A model generated the notes under the pieces. That model ran no database searches and was not told the origin of the DNA. It worked only from the letters and a program-made list of their open reading frames with translations. From Gracilinanus agilis (taxonomy: Eukaryota): a DNA stretch of 64,000 nucleotides. Where the stretch lies: positions 198,338,162-198,402,161 of the forward strand of contig NC_058131.1 of the NCBI RefSeq assembly GCF_016433145.1, given 5' to 3'. Shown here one piece after another: positions 51,640 to 64,000 of the stretch; the first letter of the stretch is position 1; every line of letters begins with the position of its first letter. A program made the position numbers and the translations under genes.

Positions 51640-52398
51640 ATAAATATTGCTAGTGGAGTTGTAAATTGATCCAGCCATTCTGCATGGCAATTTGGAATTA
51701 TGCTCAAAGGGCTTTAAAAGACTATCTGCCTTTTGATTCAGCCATAGCACTGCTTGGATTATACCACAAAGAGATAATAAGGAAAAAGACTTGTACAAAA
51801 ATATTTATAGCCTCACTCTTTTTGGTGACAAAAATTGGAAAATGAGAGAATGTCCTTCGATTGGGGAATGGCTGAACAAATTGTGGTATTTGTTGGTGAT
51901 GGAATACTACTGTACTGAAAGGAATAAAGAACTGGAGGAATTCCATGTGAACTGGAAAGACTTCCAGGAACTGATGCAGAGTGAAAGGAGCAGATCCAGG
52001 AGAACATTGTACACAGAGACTCATACACTGTGGTACAATCGAACATAACGAACTTCTCTACTAGCAGCAATGCAAGGATCCAGAGCAAGGCTGAGGGACT
52101 TATGGGAAAGAAAACTAGCCACATTCAGAGGAAGAACTGTGGGAGGAGAAACACAGAAGAAAAACAACTGTTTGAACACATGGGCTGATGGCGATATTAT
52201 TGGGGATGTAGACACTAAACGATAACTTTAGTCCAACTAACAATAATATGGAATTAGGTCTTGATCAACGATACATGTAAAACCCAATGGAATTGTGCTT
52301 CGGCTAAGGAGGGTTAAGGGGGGTGTTTGGGGGAGAGGGAAAGAACATGAAATACGTAACTATGGGAAAATATTCAAAATAAAAATTTAAAAAATAAA
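51640..52398 (+). mobile_element. L1 3' end with A-rich tail
   Basis: ORF 51791-52048 (WKMRECPSIGEWLNKLWY..MEYY) is the ORF2 C-terminus, followed by 3'UTR and A-tail. Confidence 0.92.
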
Positions 52399-53473
52399 AC
52401 TGCAAATACTCTAAGTACAGGGGAAAATATAGACTGGACTCTATGCCTTCTGATTTTCCCCTAGTATTTCAAGATTCATGTAAAAATTTTAGTGATCAAA
52501 TTAATTAGAAACAGTAAATCTAAGTGGCATAACTTCATTCCAAGCAAGTATAGAAGCTTATCTTACTCAGTTCAGAATCAACTTTCCACATAAATGCATT
52601 TCTGACATGCTCATCTATTTATTTCTCATATTTTCACTTTGAAACCAGAACTTTTTCTTAAATCTATGATTTTACATAAATTGTATTGATGTCATTTAAA
52701 TATTACCATAAACTTTCCCAATATCCTTCACTCTTCTTCTGCAGAGACCCATACCATATAACAAATATTTTTAAAGACAAAAAAAGGAGAGGAAGAGAAA
52801 AAAAAACATTACTAATACAGCATGGAAACTGAAAACATATTTAAGATAGAAAACTTGTTGATTTTCCATCTCTTTCTTAATTTGCTTGTTCTTTATTTGA
52901 GGAAAGTCCTTTCTTCAGGGGCCAAAAGTCTCAGTGTGAAATGTCTTTCCCATGAACCTTTGTCTCCTTACACAATTCTCTTGAATTTTTCTCTAAGTAC
53001 ATAGTTCCTTGATTTATGAAATGGAGGTGAAAAATTTCACTGCCTTGTCACAAAGGTTATCATATATAAAGAGTTTAGAAAACATTAAATTCCAATAAAA
53101 ATCATGATAATTATGATACCTATAATCCTACAGTCATAAAAATGTAGAATGTCCAATCTAGACAAGACCTCAAGGACCATTTCAATTACCACAGTTTATA
53201 TAGATAGAAGTTGAATCCTGGCACAAGAAAGTGAATTTCCCAGTCATATGACTAATAATTAGTGCAGCCACAATTTGAACCCAGTTCTCCTAAGTTTCAA
53301 TAGAGTATTTCTTCATTCAGTTTGGCCATATTTTTTCTCATTTTAACCTTTTCTAAAATGTTTTTATAACTTAATTTGTATCTTATAGTTTCTCTTGAAA
53401 CTTCATCCTCTTTAGAGTTCAGCTCCCTTATTCCTTCCTTGATATCTGTATCTCTAGAACTAATTGTCTTTGA

Positions 53474-53699
53474 CAAGGAGTTTTTAACTTATTTTTTCAT
53501 GGACTTTTGGGGTATCTGTTGAAGACTACAGATCTCTTCTCAAAATAATGATTTTTGTAACATTTTGAGAAAATTGTAAATTTCACTTAGAGTTTAGGAA
53601 AATCATTATGTATTTTTTTTGGTAACCAAGTTCATTGACCTTTGGACTCTAACCATAGGTTCCTTAGAGGTCCATGGAACACTAAGTTTAAAAACCCTG
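53474..53699 (+). mobile_element. MER5/Charlie-like hAT MITE, diverged
   Basis: TIR-like ends CAAGGAGTTTTTAAC / GTTTAAAAACCCTG; no TSD. Confidence 0.55.
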
Positions 53700-56600
53700 C
53701 ATTCAAATAAAATAAACATAAATAGTAAACTTTTTCAGCCTGATCAATTGGGAATTAAAAAAAAGACAAAGGTTCTCTGGGACAATAACAATCATTGTTA
53801 CTCTAAAAATAGATGCAAAAAATTGTTTAGAGCTTCCAGTGGATTTGGAATATAAGGACTTGAGTTCAAATTTTTGTGTCATTTTAGACAATTCATATAA
53901 TGTCTCTATTTTTCAGTTTCATCAGTGGTAAAATGGAGTTAAAATAAATAGTCTCTTGTATTTATACAATCTCTAAATGTATGCAACATTGACCTTATCT
54001 ACCACAGAAAATGTAAAGAAAAAAATATATTTCTTTAAAAGGAATGAAGGGAAATTTTGTTGTTCAGTGAGATAAATTGCTTTTTATAATTTTAGGAAAA
54101 AGTCATCTTTTAAGGAAATGTCTTGACTTCTTTGAATCACTAAAATACTATCTCAAATACTCAAACATTTCTGTTTTTAGACTATTTTGTGTTACACAAA
54201 TGTATAGCTATTCATGTCAATCCATTAAAACACATGTATTAAGCACTCATGTGCCGGAAGTAGTACACTTTTTTTTTATTAAATGATGAACTCTTGTACT
54301 TCCATTCTTTTGAATGAAATACTACTCTTTCCAATGAAAAGTTGGATTCACCAAAGACTGCCTTGGGAAATACACAAAATACAGGCAATACTCAAATCAT
54401 GTCACTAAGTTTTATGGATACATTCAAAAGGTTGACAATTACTCTGGTTTAATTATTTATAATTTTATACAAAAGACTAGCTACAAAACATTTATGAGCA
54501 CACTTAGATAATAGCTAATGACAAAATTAATAATAAAGGTTGACATTTCAAATTGTTTTAATGAAAAGCAGCAAATGTCCTGAAGTAAATTTAACCTTTT
54601 CCATACTATTAGTATTTTTCCCAAGGGAATTACTGAATAATTCCTATACATTGCCTAAAAGAAATAAAACAATTTAAAATTATTTTCCTTGGAGTTACAT
54701 TTACTGCCTGATATATTGATTATGTAAAGTAAAAATTATGTAAAAAGAAAATCTTGATTATATTTTTCATGAAAAAATAGATTTATGATTTTATAGTTCT
54801 CCAATATAATATTTGAAGTCACAGAATTTCCTTATAAAATCTCTTCTATGATGCCTCGTTATGAGATGGAAGTGGACATATGTTCTTGAAGGCTGTGCCA
54901 ATGTAGTCAAAGCTGTGACAGATCCTAAAAATTAGGAACTTGATGCCCAGGGATGTTAAGTGATTCTACAAAAATCATATAAATAGTATGTGGCACACCC
55001 AGCTCCCTGAGTGTTCTGATTCTGTGAGAATTTGTGAGAGTGTTTTTAATAGTAATATTTAGAAAGTAATCCATGAAGCAATAGATGAACATTGCTCACA
55101 AATAATTCTTTAAAGCTTTAAAAATTTATTTTATTATTAATCACAGCCCACTCTGTGTACTTCCTCAAGAATATCTCAACTGACTCCTAGAGACTTGGAT
55201 TCATCTTGTCCAAGGCTCTTATCCCAAAGAATAAGCGTTCAGGTTTCTTTTGCTCTTTTGCTCATTGCCTTCACCCTATGATAATTTCAGTGAAATCTTT
55301 AAAATGAAATTCAAGTATGGCTTATGTCAAGAATTTCCCCCAAAAGAGAATACCATGAAAAGTATTCAGTGTTCAATATAAGTATGACAGATATTATGGC
55401 TATAGCAGGGAAGATTGAGGTGTAAACATACAATAAAATAGAGGTGCACCTAGAAAAAAAGGGAACCAAAAACACAAACTTGTATGGGCACAAAACAAAA
55501 CATGAATGAGGGAACCCCCCCCAAAAGACTGTTTTGATTACACCTATAAGTTGAGAGAACCTAAAATTCCTTGTAGCCATATCTGGCATTCCTAGAGAGC
55601 TACTGCAATGAGAATGCAATTCCGGGTGTAAACAATCTCTAATCATATAAAGTTGAATTTAAACAGTTTAATAATCAATGTTTTACAAACAACATAATTA
55701 ATTATAAATAAGGATCTATGCAATCTTACCTTTCTATAGTTCTGGATAGAATGACTCGATCTTCATCTTCTCCCAATCACTGTAATTACTGGTCAGTATC
55801 CTGTGTGAGATAAGGCTCAACATCCTTCTTAAGTCCTTGTCTGGTTCTTTGAACTGGGAACACATCTTACATGACTTCCATTATTCCCCAAAAGGATTAA
55901 TGGCTTTTGGCCATCTCCTGTTATATCTTCTAACTAGAAATTCTAATATCTTCAGTCTTTGTATTCAGGAACAGTCTTGGAGAAGATGGTGTAACTGACT
56001 GGTGTTTCTCTTTGTGTTTCTTCATTCTTTGATTCATCTCACAATTATTCTACATTTTTTCCTGCAGTGTTTCTTGGAAGAACTAAGATTGACTAACTTT
56101 ATTTTTTACATTTTCTTTTTTTGCTAGAAGTCTAATGATTTATTTTGTGGATGAGTAAACAGAAACTTTAAGATTTTAAGCAATTTACATAAAATACTAA
56201 ATATAGAAAAATTAATTTTATTAACAATAGTTTTTGAATTTTTTCTTCTTTTTCAAGCATTGTATAGATATGAATGGTTATAGTTTGCATTTAAATATGT
56301 TGATGTATATATGACATTCTGATTGCTTTCAAATATCACAAAAAAACTGATGATATATATATATATATATATATAGTATAGACATTTTTATTCCTGTTTT
56401 TAGGGTAGCAAATATCTATAAGCTGTCCCTTGCCATGATATTATAGAGCAAGCTAGATATAGAAAGATAACTTAGGTACATGACTCAGACCAAATTTCTT
56501 TTTGCCTCAGAAGTTGCATAACATTGTACTTTAATGTGAATTCCCAAAATTGAAACATGGTGAAGCAAATAGGGTAAAGATAAAAGGAGAAGCAGAAATA

Positions 56601-57588
56601 AAAAGAAATTAGACTGCCAAATAAAATTGAGCAAGTAATAAATCCTTAATTTTCCTCTCCATAATTTCATGTCTCATTTTGAGGCTACAAAGGGGATTTT
56701 GTATTACTCTAGGCTTTATTATTTCTAATGAGGACGAAATGGCTACCTCAATAGAATTATTATTATGATAAATCTTAGAAAGTTACATGATATTATTTAC
56801 TTAATAAATTAAAATAGCAAGAAGAAAGAATACTCAACATAACTAAGTATGTATTTCTTTGCGGGAAGGTTGATTATGAAACATTTCAGAGAAAAAAAAT
56901 TTGCACCATCTTTATCAAGATTTTATGACAATATATTTTGAAAGGGAAGGTTAAAATGAATGAAAAAGTCTGAAAAATGATTTTATAATAGTATAATCAT
57001 AAATCTGATGGCGGGGCAAATCTGTCAAAAGTCAATGCAACTGCACAGGGAGCTCTCAGGAATCAAAGTTAACATTAAGCAAACAATAGAGGGAAACCTA
57101 AACAAGGATAAATTTTTTAAAGATAATGATGTCACCCTAAAAGGATAGCATTCACAAGTCTAAGCTAGGAAGTGCTGATGGATGTGAAAAAATATAGACA
57201 AGGAATAAAAATTATTTTGGTGTCTGTTTTTATTTTATTTAGAGAAGGAAATATTAGGAGACCATTATATAATTTTTAAAGATAGCAGTTAAAAATGGTC
57301 CAATATATAAAATTCTGATTCTACTTCTTTATTTTTGATTGAAGAGAAATTTTTAAAAATAAATCGAAGCATCCTATAATCATGTGTTTTAAGAAACTAA
57401 AGAGCAAAACAGTTGAGGGTTTATTAAGAAGAAACTTCCCTGCTTTAAATGAGGAAGTCATTAAATATGTATTAAGTACCTAATATATACCAGGCACTGT
57501 GATAAATACTAGATAAAGTTTAGTTTGAAGAACAAGAAAATCTGTATACAAGGTTTTAAAAATGGAAATTGAGAAACCTCTGCAGGGA

Positions 57589-58457
57589 TGTAACGGGGGA
57601 CCAAGGATTTTGAGTAACTTGGTCTGGCAGGGCAGTTCCTCTAATACTCAAGGGAGTAAGTGCCTATCTGGCTCCCTGAGCTGGGTCAGTACAATCTGTA
57701 TGAAAGGGATAATGCACCAAACTGTTCCAGAGAGAGACAAACACCTCAGGAAAAGGGGAATAGCAGTTGACTCGAGATGTTGCTTTAACTGGTCTTCTGA
57801 AATGTTTCTCCCCTGGAACAAAATGCTAGAGGGAGAGTGAATAGTGGTTGATTGGGACTTGGCTCAACCCAATAAAAGTAGACCCTCTCTCTCTAAGATA
57901 AGCCCAAACAGGTATCCCTTTTATGACCCTGTTTGATTAATCTGATTGCTTTTCAGGTGTAAAGATTTATTTGTAGAAAGAGAACAAAGATAGGGTAGGA
58001 AAGAGGTTGAAGGAATCCCTAACTTAAGGCAGCAAGCAACAGTCTCAGATCTTGACAGCCTCTGCTATAGCCAAGGCTAAAGTTTGATCCTCTTCTCTAT
58101 CTATAGTTTCTCTGTCTGTCTTTCCTAGACTAATCTGCAAAGGGAATAAGTCTCTCGAGTAACTGGAGTAGTGAGTGATGAATCATGAATTAGGCATGAT
58201 TCTGTCTATCTCAGGGAAAATCTCTGAGGATAGACTCAGGAATTCAAATCTGCTCCCTAGTTGATCTTGTTTCTTCTTTGACAGGAGATTCAGGATATAG
58301 TAGATTTTCAGTTGATAAGAGAGTCTTTCTCAGGAGTGGATTCACTTCCCAAAGGCCAGAGTGAGAGAATCAGAACTCTTTTCCCTCTCAGAGTTCCTCC
58401 CAACTCCAAATCTCCTCATTCTACCTCTCCTCCAAAATTCTAAGATTTTCCCTGTCA
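57589..58457. mobile_element. LTR-derived sequence (possibly two adjacent LTR pieces starting at 57589 and 57958)
   Basis: TGTAAC and TGTAAAG starts, AATAAA at ~57871, CA end; TSD not verified. Confidence 0.55.
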
Positions 58458-58574
58458 ATCACTACTTCACCGCATTCTATAGCATCTCTTTGTGAGCACA
58501 CACCTTCTTCCAAAATAACATTTCTTCAAAGGGTAACCAAAAACTTGTAAATGTGATTAGAGAAATTGTCAACT

Positions 58575-59000
58575 AGTAAAAATTGGGAAGAAATCAAGAA
58601 TGGAAAAAGTTCAAGAAAGCTAGAGGGTGAAAAATGTTGGCTCACTTTTCAGAAATAGGGGGAGAGTAGATTGTGAAAATTATAGCTTGATAAATGTGAT
58701 GTCAATCATCTGTAGAATTCTAGAACATGCTATTAAATAGTATATAAATATTTAGAAAGCAGATAGCAGCAGCCAGAATGAGTTTTCACTTCATTACAGC
58801 TTAAATAATTCTTAAATCAGTAGATCTGGTGAATGCCACAAAAAGCTCATCTATATTTCCACAATGGCATTTGATTAACATCGAGAACAAAATGGAATAA
58901 TGTGTACTGATTGATTATAGTGTCAATAAGTTGCTTCATAGCTTATTGAACACTCCTACTCTAAGAAAAGTGATTAATAGATTGAGTTAAACCTGGAGCC
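58575..59000 (+). mobile_element. Ancient CR1/L3 LINE RT fragment
   Basis: Diverged match to the CR1 RT region encoding ..W..ANV.PIFKKG...NYRP.SL.S...K.LE. Confidence 0.6.
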
Positions 59001-59549
59001 CTCACTAAAATCCTCTTATTTTAACTCACCTTGGAATGTAGGTGATAGGCTTCTGTCCTGCTTTAACCAAGAGGGTTAGAAAGATTATTGATAATATGGA
59101 GCCTGGACATTTGAGAGCAGAGACTCTACCTAATTATCTTTGTAACTCTCCCAGTATCTACAGTGGTACTTTCCAAAATCAATTCTTAATAATTACTTGA
59201 AGGAATGGTCTAATATATAGACTATCAAATGGTACTTTTTTGAACATACCAGAAAACTACCATTTGCAAATAATACTCCTGATTTCATATCATTGGTCCA
59301 AGAACTCCTTCCAAGAATGTATATTATAGCCTATCTTGGCTTGCTTATTCAATGTAACTCTCATCTGTGTCTTCCACAAGAAGAATGTAAATGCAATATG
59401 TCTGAGGTATTTTTCACTTTCCCTTCAAATCATGAGAATGCCAGTGGAATTTATTAAAGCAAACAATAAAATTGGTAAACATAAAATGTAATTATATCTT
59501 TGTATAAGTGATTAATGCTTTTATTAGAGGAAACAACTTGTTAGAATAG

Positions 59550-59700
59550 TGGTTATACTCTGTAATCAGGAAGACCAGAATTTAAATCTAATTTCAGATA
59601 CTTTCTAACTATGTGACCCTGGGCAAATCACTTAACTTCTGTTTATCACAGATTCAACATCTCTAAAACAGGGATAATAATAGAATCTATTATTGTATAA
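59550..59700 (+). mobile_element. MIR SINE
   Basis: CORE CTATGTGACCCTGGGCAAATCACTTAACTTCTG. Confidence 0.75.
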
Positions 59701-59733
59701 GAGTTCCTATTATGCTTATTTTTTATTAGCAAC

Positions 59734-59864
59734 ATATATGTGTGTGTATATGTGAGAGTATATATATATATATATACATATCTATATCTTATATCTATCT
59801 ATATCTATCTTCTATATATCTATGTATCTATATCTATATCTATATCTATATCTATATATATATA
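59734..59864. repeat. Compound (TA)/(TATC)/(TATATC) microsatellite
   Basis: Directly visible. Confidence 0.92.
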
Positions 59865-61329
59865 TGACTCAGTAGAAAATTGTCATCTTTCAGCAAAGTA
59901 TCTTCCTTTGAGATATTGATATTTTTCCTTGGACAATATAATAGTGTATATAATGGCATTCAATGACAGCCTAATATAACTATCAGGAAAGACACAAAAC
60001 AAATGCATGCATGTTCAACAAAATAGTCACCACTGAGATTGAGTAGAAACAGAGTAATACAAATTAAGGAGAGATTTCTAGAAGGTATTAAGCTCTTCCA
60101 GATATTCCTCTTTGCCGTGACTTTGGGTAGACTGAATTAAGCTATAATGTATCATAATACCAATTAGAAGATACGTATTTTTAATTTTTAATTAAAATTC
60201 TAAATTCTAAAATTTAATTTTTAATTTTATATTTTTATATAGTCTATAGTATAGTCTACATGATATAGTTATAATTATATATAATTATATAATTAATTTA
60301 AGAAGTATGCTATTACTATTCACATTATTTATTATTCCTGTTGACTCCTATTACTATTCACATAGTAAATATAAAATATTACCTGAAATTTATATGTTGC
60401 ATAACATTTTAATAGAAATATAGACTTTTTGGGAAACAATGTGCTATCACTGGAAGTATTTAGAGATAAGAAAGAACTGGATTCTAATTCAAAATAAAAA
60501 TAAGATTAAATGTATAAACAGACATTTATTTCCAAGGTTTCATTTATAATTAATGACTTTAAACCATCTGCAATGTAATCCTTTGGGGTTTAGGATATAT
60601 ACCTTTTTTTTCATTTTGGTAAATGAAATAGAAGGGATTTATATAATTTTGTTTCAGTAATTCATAGTATATTGAAGGATTGAGAACTGAATGAACTGTT
60701 TGAAAATTTTCAGAAAAATATTTTGAGTTGAGACTATATTTACCCTGCTCTCTTCCATCCTTAAAAGAAATTGATGCAACTGAAAAATAATGTGTGATTG
60801 AGTCCCACCATTCCCTAGTGCCACATCCCTCAAACAATATATTCTATGACCTGATAAATTTATAAATAATAACATTTAAAAAATTGAATTACACAATCAA
60901 TGGACAATATTTGAACAAGATAATCGATAGCCTGAAATGAAATTTTTAGTAGCATCAATTTTGAAACAATTGCAATGGGCCAACCAATAAACTACCTTTA
61001 CCATTGAGAGTTTTAAATAAGAGAGACATTCCAGCAGTTCCATAGTCCATAGGAATTCAGCCCAGCAGTGGGATTGAGCAGTTTACTAGTTCATGATTCT
61101 ACTTTGTGCCAAAGCTTCTAATGGCAATTGTGTTTAGGAGGAGAGAGTTCAATTCTTTTTGTTACTTTCCTCTACCTTCTGTAATTTTTGGTCACATTTT
61201 TGTCAATTATGAGTATTGTCTATACCTATAATCTCAAGTGACTTTTATGAATTAGCTTTTGCTATTTATAAACAGCAACTCATGTCCTATTGTTCTATTT
61301 TGTGTCTTTAAATTTTACTTCATGTATTT

Positions 61330-61700
61330 TTTATTTAAAATTAAATTATTTTTTCAGTTCAATATAGAAACAGTTTTTAACAGTTATTCTCCGACATGGT
61401 AGATTCCAGATTTTTCTCTCTCCCACCTTCCCCCTTGCCCTGAGGCAATAAATTGTCTGATATAGATTATAACAATGCTTTTGTGCAATATATATATATA
61501 CATATATGTATATGTATTTCTATATTGTTCATGTTATAATAGAAGACACATCAAATGTAGAAAAAAACTCCATGTATTTTTAATAAATACAGAATTTCTA
61601 TTTTATTCCTCTCTCTCTCCATATATATATTTGATATTTCACAACTTTGTTCTGGACATCCTATAATGTTTTCCTTCAATGAAAGAGAATGGTAAGGGAG
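61330..61700 (-). mobile_element. Old L1 3'UTR fragment
   Basis: T-rich start, CTCCCACCTTCCCCCTTGCCCTGAGGCAATAAATTGTCTGATATAG; similar in type to 45425-45700. Confidence 0.55.
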
Positions 61701-63439
61701 TGGTTCGAGATCAGCTTTATCTTTTGATATAATATCTATAATTTCTAACCTTGGTTGATTTTCTGCACTGACTTATTTTCTGCTTCTCAATTATTAGTTT
61801 TAGAATGTATTATTAAGCAATGTCAAACGCTGCAATACATATTCTTTTGCATATTCTTTTTTGTGTTTTTTTTTCACATGAGAGAAATTCAGTTGGTAGG
61901 TGTTGAGTAATATTGCAGCCAACTACCATTTCTGTTAGATGTTATTAATTTTTTCATAAATATTTTTAAGCCTCTAGAGACTGGTGACGAAGCATTCTTA
62001 GTTTCTATAGCTTGTGATGTTCTTAAAGCACTGACCTACATGATTTTATTTAAAATTTTATTTTGTCTTTTATAAATTATTGAACTAACAATTTGCTTCC
62101 ACTATAAACTTGATAAAATAATTAATTGGTTCTTCCTCTTAACTAGATTATTTGGGATATTATTATTCAGAGTACTTGACAGTGATCAGTGAAAGTCTTG
62201 TCAGCTAAACGAATAACAGTTTAGGGATACTGAGCAGAAAGAGAGATAAGTATGTGGCATGAGTTCTTATTTGCTTAGATTTGAATTCTAGTTTTGTCAC
62301 TAACTGTGATCTTGGGCAATTTATCCAATGGGGCTCGTTTTCACTTACTATAAATTTAATGAGTCATGACTAAAAGATTTAACTTCCTTTCTAGCATTTC
62401 AAGGTTTTTAAATCTGAACTTAAAAAAAACACCCAATTTTGACCTGATCAAATTTATGTTGAAGCAGATTGTTTTTTCATTTTTTTAAAAAAGTCTTTGT
62501 ATTTTTATAGACATTAGATACCTATATCTCTGTGCTCAATGTCTACTAAACAAAATGTCTTTGCTATTTATTGTATAAGAGTGATTATTTTTAATGATTT
62601 TTGTTCTTATCCAATGTTTTCAGTCAAAAAACAAAATAACTGACCTCTTATGAGAAAACTAGAGTTGGACATTATAAAACAGAGCTGAATTTCTTTTCCT
62701 CTCTTTTTAATAACTAGCACCTGAGACCCCCTATTGCTGACAAAGGAGAGAGAAATTACTCCCCAGGCAAAGTGTGAAGTTTTTAATCAGCTTACATTGG
62801 TGAATTTAAATTAATTTTTGACAGGTCAGTTTTGCTTTCTTAGACAAGGTACTTTGTTTCAAATTTGGCAGTGTAGTGTGATTATATCTGTTGTTCAGGT
62901 ATTCTGTCTAATCCAATAACTGATTAATGTGTCATGATTAATGTATTTCTGAAAATCTCTGAAGACATACCATAACTAAAAATACCCCAGGATCCTAAAA
63001 TAATCTTTTAACAGTGAATAGTTATTATTTAGTTATACATTTAAAATTACTATGATTTTTCTCAGTAATGACTTCTGAAATATATTCTAATTGTATCATA
63101 TGAGATGTTGAAAAGAATGTCATATTTGTTGTCTCTGAATGTTGGCATTGTCAACCATATTTTTTATTCGATAACAGAAAAAGAAAGCATGGACTTAATC
63201 TTCATAAGTATGTTCTCCACCATGTCACCCTTAACTTTTTTTGAATGAAAAACTATCCATAAAGCAAAAAATAATAGTATTGTTTCTGTGTTATATATTG
63301 AACAGACTACAGTAAAATATGTTCAATATTATTACTATTATTATTTTATTTTTATCATGACCAAAAATGACTATAACAATATTAGAAAGGAAAACCATAC
63401 TTTGCATATCTGACGTAGTCTAGAAAAACAAATCCATAC

Positions 63440-63760
63440 AATTGCAATGACCAAAAATTAATTTCTTATGCTGCACCCAGGGTCCACATTCTCTCTGCCA
63501 CAAGGCAAGTGATATACTTTTTTATCAGTCACAGAATATCATGGTTTGTTGTTCCATTAGCAGAAGTTTTGCATCTTTCCAAAATAATATTCTTTATAAC
63601 ATTGTTGTTACTATTCTGGATCCATTTACTTCAGTCGGCAAAATTCCATTCAAGTTTTCCCAGGTTTCTTGAAAAAAATTTTCTTTATATAGTGTAATAT
63701 TGCAGCATATGTCTATATCATCATTTGTTCATCCTCTTCCTCAGTTTTAACCCCCACCGA
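63440..63760 (-). mobile_element. Old L1 3' fragment
   Basis: Similar to ~47930-48260; diverged antisense L1 3'UTR. Confidence 0.5.
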
Positions 63761-64000
63761 ATTTGCTAAGGAAAGAAAAAAAAGAAAACAGAAAAACAGT
63801 TGCTATTCTATTTTGTTATATGTCCTCCCCCCTTCTTTTTCTTTTATGTCTTTTGAGTGTAGACATGTTTTACTGTACTGGCCATTTGTTCTTTGACATG
63901 CATGGGTTAATCTTTGAGACAGTCATTTGGTACTGGTATTATCAACCAGGTAAAGAGAAGAAAACAATATGGAGGAAGCATATGGACTTCAGTTTTTCCT

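Noticed and set aside
55730-56065. Purine-rich minus-strand stretch ending in a strong AAG|gtaaga donor
   Set aside because: All three frames contain stops near the plausible acceptor, and no peptide fragment is recognisable.
1-64000. CRISPR arrays, rRNA, stand-alone tRNA genes, CpG-island promoters, prokaryotic systems
   Set aside because: None seen. The tRNA-like A/B boxes belong to SINEs, and the window is uniformly CpG-poor mammalian DNA.

Overview
AT-rich, strongly CpG-depleted mammalian genomic DNA, most likely from a didelphid marsupial (Monodelphis-like), judged from SINE1_Mdo-like, MAR1-like and opossum-type L1 sequences. These names come from recalled consensus sequences, not a database search. 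Much of the window is decayed transposable elements: L1 in both orientations, L2, MIR, CR1/L3, an RTE 5' fragment, solo ERV LTRs, an ERV integrase remnant and several hAT MITEs. The only recognisable cellular gene sequence is a dead processed pseudogene of RPL12 (minus strand, ~28590-29264). I could not identify an intact protein-coding gene; the supplied ORFs are TE fragments, the RPL12 retrocopy or chance ORFs. I found no convincing novel biological system. The points most worth checking are a young hAT MITE with a perfect TSD, an unexplained 127-bp local duplication, a twin-primed inverted L1, a SINE with a 27-bp TSD, a compact TF-motif cluster and some weak candidate mini-exons.
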